Positions 42,007-50,226 of a DNA stretch of 50,226 bases are shown in pieces. The notes under the pieces were generated by a model. The model ran no database searches. It saw only the letters and a program-made list of their open reading frames with translations, and was not told the origin of the DNA. The position numbers were made by a program, and so were the translations under genes. The DNA lies in assembly GCA_028826165.1 (NCBI GenBank), contig JAPDFW010000047.1, forward strand, positions 1-50,226. Reading direction: 5' to 3'. The stretch is from Anaeramoeba ignava BMAN (Eukaryota; Protista; Anaeramoebae). Positions within the stretch are counted from its first letter, which is position 1. Every line of letters begins with the position of its first letter.

Positions 42007-44754
42007 TTAAATATCTAAATCATCTTGAAGTTCTTTTTCTTCTTGTTTTTGATTTAGATTTTTGGTTTGTTTTTGTTTTTTTGTTTTTGTTTTTTTCTGA
42101 TATAAAAGAATTGCAATAATAACTATTAAAATAATAATAATAGGAATAAGCATTCCAATAGTTATTGCTGTTGTGTTGGAATTGTTTGAATCAGTTGATT
42201 GAGTTGGTTGATAAGGAGATAATATTGTAATTGATGTTGTTGAATTAATTCCTGAATATTCATTATTTAAACAATTTAATGTAGATGATTGTTGAACTGA
42301 AATTTCATAATATTCTCCTCCTTCTAATCCTGAAATTGAATAATAAGGTTCTAGTAAATTATGTAAACAAATTGATATTGAATTAAATTTAAATGAATAT
42401 GCTTTTAATTCACTTGATAAAATTAATGAATTCCAACTACAAATAAATCCATTAATTAATGAATTACAATTTAATGAAGTAATATTTCCTAATTTAGCTC
42501 TTGTTGAAATAATTGAACTTGGTTCTCCTAAATATGATATTTCACAATTTAAATCAATACATCCTCGAATTGAAATATTATATTCAATATTTCCTGATAT
42601 TTCACTTATTATTCCAATAACTTCATTTCCATTTAAATTAAGAGATGTGAATTTTTGCCAATTTGTTCCATTATCAAGTGAAATTGAATAATTATTTGCA
42701 TTTGTTAATTTTGTAAAATTAAATTCAATTTCTTCAATTTTGGAAATTGTTTCATAAATTGTTGGAGATGTTAAATTATCAGTTTTAATTGAAATTGATG
42801 AAATATATCCACATTTTCCATTTGAATTACATGCTGATATATTGATTTGATATTCTTGATTTTGAAATTGAGCTATAAATTGTTGATTTGATGAAGTTGG
42901 TTGATAATTTCCTGAATCATTTTGATAAATTGATTGATAAGTTAAATTATAATAAAATGGAATTGAACAATTAATTGGTTGATTCCAATTACAATTAATA
43001 TCTATTAAATTTGAAATTGAACATGTTAAATTTGTAACTTCTCCAAATAATAATGAAATTGATGATTCAACAATTTCTCCTTTATCATCTCCTTCACATT
43101 CTTGTGTTCTACATCCACAAATTGAAATATTATAATAATTTTCACATTCAAAATTATTCCAAAGATAATCAAGTGAAGAATTATCAACTGAAATGAAAGA
43201 TATTAAATCAGGTTGAGATTGATTGAAATAAGAAAGATTATAATGATCAATATGAGCAATTCCTTCATTGATTTGAACATTTGGATAATTCCAAGTAACA
43301 TTAATTGAATAATTTGAAGGATTTGATAATTGAAAATCTTTTACAGAATCAATTTTTGATGTTAAATTAATGAAAGAAGAAGATTCACCACATTTCATTG
43401 ATGTTTCATTATCACAAGCTTTGATTTGAATTGAATAATATTCATTTCCAGTAATATTATCATAAATTGAAGAATTAAATTGTTGATAATAAATATTCTC
43501 ATCTTCAAGAATTGGAGAATCAATATCAATCCAATCATATCCATAATTGATTTGATATTTCAAAGTTGAAGGAAATTCAATTTTATCCCAATAACAATCA
43601 AATGATGAAAACAAAGATGAACAATTAACAATATTAACTTGTGGAATTAAACTAACTTCATAAACAAATGCTTGATTTGCAGCAGAAGCACCAACAACAG
43701 TAAAATTCCCATAAATTGAAACAGGACATCCAAAATATAAAGCTGGTCCATTCAAATTTTGTTCTTGATTCCAAATTGATCCATTATATATGTAAATAAA
43801 TGCTTGACTTATCCAATAAGCTCCAATAACAGTAACATTTTCATAGATTGAAACAGAATATCCAAAACCTGAAGCTGAAGGTCCATTCAAAGTTTGTTCT
43901 TCATTCCAAATTGTTCCATTATATCTGTAAATAAATGCTTGATTTGCACCAGAAGCTCCAATAACAATAACATTCTCATAAATTGAAACAGAATATCCAA
44001 AATTTGTAGCTGATTCACTCAAATTTTGTTCTTGATTCCAAAATGTTCCATTATATCTGTAAATATATGCTTTATTTGCACCATCAGTTCCAATAACAGT
44101 AACATTCTCATAAATTGAAACACTTATTCCAAAATATGAAGCTGATTCATTCAAAGTTTGTTCTTGATTCCAAAATGTTCCATTATATCTGTAAATAAAT
44201 GCTTTATTTGCACCATTAGTTCCAATAACAGTAACATTCTCATAAATTGAAACAGATTCTCCAAAATTTGTAACTGATTCACTCAAAGTTTGTTCTTGAT
44301 TCCAAATTGATCCATTATATCTGTAAATATATGCTTGATTTGCACCAGGAGCTCCAATAACAATAACATCTTCATAAACTGAAACACTTCTTCCAAAATT
44401 TGTAACTGATTCATTCAAAGTTTGTTCAAGTTCAAAATTTGATCCATTATATCTGTAAATAAATGCTTGTTTTGCATTAGGAGCTCCAATAACAAGAACA
44501 TCTCTATAAATTGAAACAGAATTTCCAAAAGATCCTGAACCTGAAAATTGATCTAATAAATTCCAAATCCAAGCTTCATTGAAAGAAGAATAATATCTTG
44601 TTGTTTCTGTTAATGTTTTTATTTCTTTTAATATTGGTGATATTGATATTAATGATGATTGAATTGATTTTTGATTTTGATTTTGATTTGATTGAATTAA
44701 GAAAATATTGATAATTAAGAAAAAGAAAAAGGAAAAGAAAAGATTTAATTTCAT
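42007..44754 (-). CDS. FG-GAP/FN3/TM surface protein (copy 2)
   Basis: Colinear paralog of copy 1 with 7 repeats. Confidence 0.9.
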   Translation of the reverse strand: MKLNLFFSFFFFLIINIFLIQSNQNQNQKSIQSSLISISPILKEIKTLTETTRYYSSFNEAWIWNLLDQFSGSGSFGNSVSIYRDVLVIGAPNAKQAFIYRYNGSNFELEQTLNESVTNFGRSVSVYEDVIVIGAPGANQAYIYRYNGSIWNQEQTLSESVTNFGESVSIYENVTVIGTNGANKAFIYRYNGTFWNQEQTLNESASYFGISVSIYENVTVIGTDGANKAYIYRYNGTFWNQEQNLSESATNFGYSVSIYENVIVIGASGANQAFIYRYNGTIWNEEQTLNGPSASGFGYSVSIYENVTVIGAYWISQAFIYIYNGSIWNQEQNLNGPALYFGCPVSIYGNFTVVGASAANQAFVYEVSLIPQVNIVNCSSLFSSFDCYWDKIEFPSTLKYQINYGYDWIDIDSPILEDENIYYQQFNSSIYDNITGNEYYSIQIKACDNETSMKCGESSSFINLTSKIDSVKDFQLSNPSNYSINVTWNYPNVQINEGIAHIDHYNLSYFNQSQPDLISFISVDNSSLDYLWNNFECENYYNISICGCRTQECEGDDKGEIVESSISLLFGEVTNLTCSISNLIDINCNWNQPINCSIPFYYNLTYQSIYQNDSGNYQPTSSNQQFIAQFQNQEYQINISACNSNGKCGYISSISIKTDNLTSPTIYETISKIEEIEFNFTKLTNANNYSISLDNGTNWQKFTSLNLNGNEVIGIISEISGNIEYNISIRGCIDLNCEISYLGEPSSIISTRAKLGNITSLNCNSLINGFICSWNSLILSSELKAYSFKFNSISICLHNLLEPYYSISGLEGGEYYEISVQQSSTLNCLNNEYSGINSTTSITILSPYQPTQSTDSNNSNTTAITIGMLIPIIIILIVIIAILLYQKKTKTKKQKQTKNLNQKQEEKELQDDLDI

Positions 44755-45423
44755 TTTTTGTTTTGTTTTGTTGTTTTTTGCTTTTTTTTTTTAAATAAAA
44801 ATATAAATAAAAATAAATAAATATAAGTAAAATTAATAAATAAATTGTGTGTTTTTGTGTTTTTGTTTATGTTATTTTTATGTTGTTTTTCTTACTTTTT
44901 TTTGGTTTTTTAAAAAGAAAAAATAAAAAAATAAAAAATAAAAAATGATCTTTTTTTTTGTTTTTATTAATTTTAATTTTAATTTAAATTTAAAAAAAAA
45001 AATTTTTTTTGGTTTGTTTCTTTTTTTTTTTTAATCTTTTTCTTTTTTTTTTTTTTTTAATTTAATCCCCTTTTTTAATATAAAATAAATATAAAATAAA
45101 AATAAAAATATTTTTCTAAATTTTTAAATTAATTTAAAAACTTATTTTATTTTATTTTTCATAAATAAATTCTTTTTAATTTTTAAAAATAAAAATTAAA
45201 TATATTATTATTTTAAATTTTATCAAATATTTCTTGTTTTGAATTTAATTAATAATTTCTTCATTTTTCTTTTTTAAAATAATTTAATCAAAATCAAAAT
45301 CAAAATCAAAAAATAATAAATTTGTTTTTTGTTTTTGTTTTTTTTGATTTTGGAAAATTGGAATTGAAAAGAAAAAAGAAAAAGAATTTGGAAATGAAAT
45401 TGGAATTAGAATTGGAATTGGAA

Positions 45424-48159
45424 TTAAATATCTAAATCATCTTGAAGTTCTTTTTCTTCTTGTTTTTGATTTAGATTTTTGGTTTGTTTTTGTTTTTTTG
45501 TTTTTGTTTTTTTCTGATATAAAAGAATTGCAATAATAACTATTAAAATAATAAGAATTGGAATAAATATTCCAATACTTATTGCTGTTGTGTTTGAATC
45601 AGTTGATTGAGTTGGTTGATAAGGAGATAATATTGTAATTGATGTTGTTGAATTAATTCCTGAATATTCATTATTTAAACAATTTAAATCAGCTGATGAA
45701 TAAACTGAAATTTCATAATATTCTCCTCCTTCTAATCCTGAAATTGAATAATAATTGATTAAATTTGTTAAACAAATTGAAATTGAATTAAATTTAAATG
45801 AGTATGATTTTAATCCACTTGATAAAATTAATGAATTCCAATTACAAATAAATCCATTAATTAATGAATAACAATTTAATGAAGTAATATTTCCTAATTT
45901 AGCTCTTGTTGAAATAATTGAACTTGGTTCTCCTAAATATGGTGTTTCACAATTTAAATCAACACATCCTCGAATTGAAATATTATATTCAATATTTCCT
46001 GATATTTCACTTATTATTCCAATAACTTCATTTCCATTTAAATCAAGAGATGTGAATTTTTGCCAATTTGTTTCATTATCAAGTGAAATTGAATAATTAT
46101 TTGCATTTGTTAATTTTGTAAAATTAAATTCAATTTCTTCAATTTTGGAAATTGTTTCATAAATTATTGGAGCTATTGTTAAATTATCAGTTTTAATTGA
46201 AATTGAAGAAATATATCCACATTTTCCATTTGAATTACATGCTGATATATTGATTTGATATTCTTGATTTGGAAATTGAACTGTAAATTGTTGATTTAAT
46301 GATGTTGGTTGATAATTTCCTGAATCATTTTGATAAATTGATTGATAAGTTAAATTATAATAAAATGGAATTGAACAATTAATTGGTTGATTCCAATTAC
46401 AATTAATATCTAATGAATATAAAATTGAACATGTTAAATTTGTAACTTCTCCAAATAATAATGAAATTGATGATTCAACAATTTCTCCTTTATCATCTCC
46501 TTCACATTCTTGTGTTCTACATCCAAAAATTGAAATATTATAATCATTTTCACATTCAAAATTATTCCAAAGATAATCAAGTGAAGAATTATCAACTGAA
46601 ATGAAAGATATTAAATCAGGTTGAGATTGATTGAAATAAGAAAGATTATAATGATTAAGATGAGCAATTCCTTCATCGATTTGAACATTTGGATAATTCC
46701 ATGTAACATTAATTGAATAATTTGAAGGATTTGATAATTGGAAATCTTTTACAGAATCAATTTTTGTTGTTAAATTAATGAAAGAAGAAGATTCACCACA
46801 TTTCATTGTTGTTGGATTACAAGCATGAATTTGAATTGAATAATATTCATTTCCAGTAATATTATCATAAATTGAAGAATTAAATTGTTGATAATAAACA
46901 TTCTCATCTTCAAGAATTGGAGAATCAATATCAATCCAATCATATCCATAATTAATTTGATATTTCAAAGTTGAAGGAAATTCAATTTTATCCCAATAAC
47001 AATCAAATGATGAAAACAAAGATGAACAATTAATAATATTAACTTGTGGAATTAAATTAGCTTTATAAACAAATACTTCATTTGCAGCAGGAGCACCAAC
47101 AACAGTAAAATTCTCATAAATTGAAACAGAATATCCAAAAAATGAAGCTGATTCACTCAAATTTTGTTCTTTATTCCAAAATGTTCCATTATATCTGTAA
47201 ATAAATGCTTCATTTATACTATTAGTTCCAATAACAGTAACATTCTCATAAATTGAAACAGAATATCCAAACCATGTAGCTGATTCACTCAAAATTTGTT
47301 CTTCATTCCAAATTGATCCATTATATCTGTAAATAAATGCTTGTTTTGCATTAGGAGCTCCAATAACAATAACATCTTCATAAATTGAAAGAGATTCTCC
47401 AAAATTTGTAGCTGATTCACTCAAATTTTGTTCTTGATTCCAAAATGTTCCATTATATCTGTAAATAAATGCTTTATTTGCACCATCAGCTCCAATAACA
47501 ATAACATTCTCATAAACTGAAACACTTATTCCAAAATTTGAAGCTGATTCATTCAAAATTTGTTCTTGATTCCAAAATGTTCCATTATATCTGTAAATAA
47601 ATGCTTTATCTGCACCATAAGTTCCAATAACAGTAACATTCTCATAAATTGAAAGAGATTCTCCAAAATTTGAAGCTGATTCATACAAATTTTGTTCTTG
47701 ATTCCAAAATGTTCCATTATATCTGTAAATAAATACTTGATTTGCACCATTAGCTCCAATAACAATAACATCTTCATAAACTGAAACAGAATATCCAAAA
47801 TATGAAGTTGATTCATTCAAAGTTTGTTCTTGATTCCAAATTGTTCCATTATATCTGTAAATAAATGCTTGTTTTGCACTATAAGCCCCAATAACAAGAA
47901 CATCTTTATAAATTGAAACAGAATATCCAAAATCTCCTAATGAACCTGAAAATTGATCTAATAAATTCCAAATCCAAGCTTCATTGAAAGAAGAATAATA
48001 TCTTGTTGTTTCTGTTAATGTTTTTATTTCTGTTAATATTGGTGATATTGATATTAATGATGATTGAATTGATTTTTGATTTTTATTTTGATTTGATTGA
48101 ATTAAGAAAATATTGATAATTAAGAAAAAGAAAAAGGAAAAGAAAAGATTTAATTTCAT
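45424..48159 (-). CDS. FG-GAP/FN3/TM surface protein (copy 3)
   Basis: Colinear paralog of copy 1 with 7 repeats. Confidence 0.9.
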   Translation of the reverse strand: MKLNLFFSFFFFLIINIFLIQSNQNKNQKSIQSSLISISPILTEIKTLTETTRYYSSFNEAWIWNLLDQFSGSLGDFGYSVSIYKDVLVIGAYSAKQAFIYRYNGTIWNQEQTLNESTSYFGYSVSVYEDVIVIGANGANQVFIYRYNGTFWNQEQNLYESASNFGESLSIYENVTVIGTYGADKAFIYRYNGTFWNQEQILNESASNFGISVSVYENVIVIGADGANKAFIYRYNGTFWNQEQNLSESATNFGESLSIYEDVIVIGAPNAKQAFIYRYNGSIWNEEQILSESATWFGYSVSIYENVTVIGTNSINEAFIYRYNGTFWNKEQNLSESASFFGYSVSIYENFTVVGAPAANEVFVYKANLIPQVNIINCSSLFSSFDCYWDKIEFPSTLKYQINYGYDWIDIDSPILEDENVYYQQFNSSIYDNITGNEYYSIQIHACNPTTMKCGESSSFINLTTKIDSVKDFQLSNPSNYSINVTWNYPNVQIDEGIAHLNHYNLSYFNQSQPDLISFISVDNSSLDYLWNNFECENDYNISIFGCRTQECEGDDKGEIVESSISLLFGEVTNLTCSILYSLDINCNWNQPINCSIPFYYNLTYQSIYQNDSGNYQPTSLNQQFTVQFPNQEYQINISACNSNGKCGYISSISIKTDNLTIAPIIYETISKIEEIEFNFTKLTNANNYSISLDNETNWQKFTSLDLNGNEVIGIISEISGNIEYNISIRGCVDLNCETPYLGEPSSIISTRAKLGNITSLNCYSLINGFICNWNSLILSSGLKSYSFKFNSISICLTNLINYYSISGLEGGEYYEISVYSSADLNCLNNEYSGINSTTSITILSPYQPTQSTDSNTTAISIGIFIPILIILIVIIAILLYQKKTKTKKQKQTKNLNQKQEEKELQDDLDI

Positions 48160-48900
48160 TTTTTGTTTTGTTTTTGTTTTGCTTTTTAAATAAAAATAAA
48201 AAATAAAAATAAATAATATAAGTAAAATTAATAAATAAATTGTGTGTTTTTGTTTATGTTTTCGTTTATGTTTGTTTTCTTACTTTTTGTTTTTAATTTT
48301 TGTTGTTTTTGCTTTTTAAATAAAAATAAAAAAAAATAAAAATAAAAATAAAAATAAATTGTGTTTTTTGTTTTTGTGTTATTTTTATGTTTTTCTTACT
48401 TTTTGGTTTTTAAAAAGGAAAAGAAAAAGAAAAATGATCTTTGTTTTTAATTTTAATTTTAAAAATTTTTGTTTTTAATTTTAATTTTAATTTTAAAAAT
48501 TTTTGAATATTTATCTGTTTTATCTTTTTATTGGTTTCTTTTCAATAATTTCTTTTTAAATTGTTTTTCTTTTTCTTTTTAATTTTGATTTAAATTAAAT
48601 TTATTAATAAATCAAATAAAATTTTTGGATTTTTGTTTTGATTTAATTGAAAATAATTAATTTCTATTTGAATTTAATTAATTATTTCTTCATTTTTCTT
48701 TTTAAAATAATTTAATCAAATCAAAATCAAAATCAAAAATAATAAATTTGTTTTTGTTTTTGTTTTTGAAATTTTGGAAAATAGATTATTTTGAATTTTT
48801 GAAAAGAAAAAGAAAAAGAAAAAGAAAAAGAAAAAAGAAAAAGAATTTGGAAATGGAATTAGAATTGGAATTAGAATTGAAATTGGAATTGGAATTAGAA

Positions 48901-50226
48901 TTAAAGATCTAAATCATCTTGAAGTTCTTTTTCTTCTTGTTTTTGATTTAGATTTTTGGTTTGTTTTTGTTTTTTTGTTCTTGTTTTTTTCTGATATAAA
49001 AGAATTGCAATAACAACTATTAAAATAATAAGAATTGGAATAAATATTCCAATAGTTATTGCTGTTGTGTTGGAATTGTTTGAATCAGTTGATTGAGTTG
49101 GTTGATAAGGAGATAATATTGTAATTGATGTTGTTGAATTAATTCCTGAATATTCATTATTTAAACAATTTAATGTAGATGATTGTTGAACTGAAATTTC
49201 ATAATATTCTCCTTCTTGTAATCCTGAAATTGAATAGTAATTGATTAAATTTGTTAAACAAATTGATATTGAATTGTAAGTAAATGAATATGCTTTTAAT
49301 CCACTTGATAAAATTAATGAATTCCAACTACAAACAAATCCATTAATTAATGAATAACAATTTAATGAAGTAATATTTCCTAATTTAGCTCTTGTTGAAA
49401 TAATTGAACTTGGTTCTCCTAAATATGATATTTCACAATTTAAATCAATACATCCTCGAATTGAAATATTATATTCAATATTTCCTGATATTTCACTTAT
49501 TATTCCAATAACTTCATTTCCACTTAAAATCAAGAGATGTGAATTTTTGCCAATTTGTTCCATTATCAAGTGAAATTGAATAATTATTTGCATTTGTTTA
49601 ATTTTGTGAAATTAAATTCAATTTCTTCAATTTTGGAAATTGTTTCATAAATTATTGGAGATGTTAAATTATCAGTTTTATTGAAATTGATGAAATATCC
49701 ACATTTTCCATTTGAATTACATGCTGATATATTGATTTGATATTCTTGATTTTTGAAATTGAACTGTAAATTGTTGATTTGATGAAGTTGGTTGATAATT
49801 TCCTGAATCATTTTGATAAATTGATTGATAAGTTAGTTAAATTATAATAAAATGGAATTGAACACTTAATGGTAATTTGATTCCAATTACAATTAATATC
49901 TATTAAATTTGAAATTGAACATGTTAAATTTGTAACTTCTCCTCCAAATAATAATGAAATTGATGATTCAACAATTTCTCTTTATCATCTCCTTCACATT
50001 CTTGTGTTCTACATCCACAAATTGAAATATTATAATCATTTCATTTCAAAATTATTCAAAAATAATCAAGTGAAAGAATTATCCTTTGAAATGAAAGATA
50101 TTAAATCAGGTTGAGATTGAGTTGAAGTGAAAGATTATAATGATTAGATGAGCAATTCCTTCATTGATTTGAACATTTGGATAATTCCATGTAACATGGT
50201 GGTGTATTGTATTTTGAAGGATACCA
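48901..50226 (-). CDS. FG-GAP/FN3/TM surface protein (copy 4), 5' truncated by the window end, with indels
   Basis: C-terminal ~200 aa nearly identical to copies 1-3. Indels accumulate from ~49520 towards the window end. Confidence 0.75.

Noticed and set aside
49520-50226. Copy 4 of the surface gene as a pseudogene
   Set aside because: Indel density rises towards the sequence end and often affects homopolymers, so it cannot be distinguished from assembly error without reads.

Overview
Very AT-rich eukaryotic genomic DNA with canonical GT-AG introns. An Anaeramoeba-like metamonad protist is my inference from composition, N/Q runs and ANK-BTB genes; it is not proven. I reconstructed about 15 genes by hand. 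On +: V-ATPase A (3' part), cyclin L, ASCC1, an ankyrin-BTB-BTB gene and a coiled-coil gene. On -: Rab11-like GTPase, ADA3, TRAPPC8, RBBP4/MSI1-like WD40 and a neurofibromin-like RasGAP. These are followed by a CH-domain gene (+) and a tandem array of at least 4 intronless FG-GAP propeller/FN3/TM surface-protein genes (-). Long introns are filled with short tandem repeats that create most of the spurious ORFs in the track. The main discovery is the ankyrin-BTB gene (8470-12186). It has 26 exons and 25 phase-0 introns, with one exon per ankyrin repeat. Thirteen single-codon (3-nt) microexons and one 6-nt microexon supply the two variable beta-hairpin residues (the 'xx' of D/N-x-x-G-x-T-P-L-H). 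Both window ends contain indels that look like low-quality assembly.
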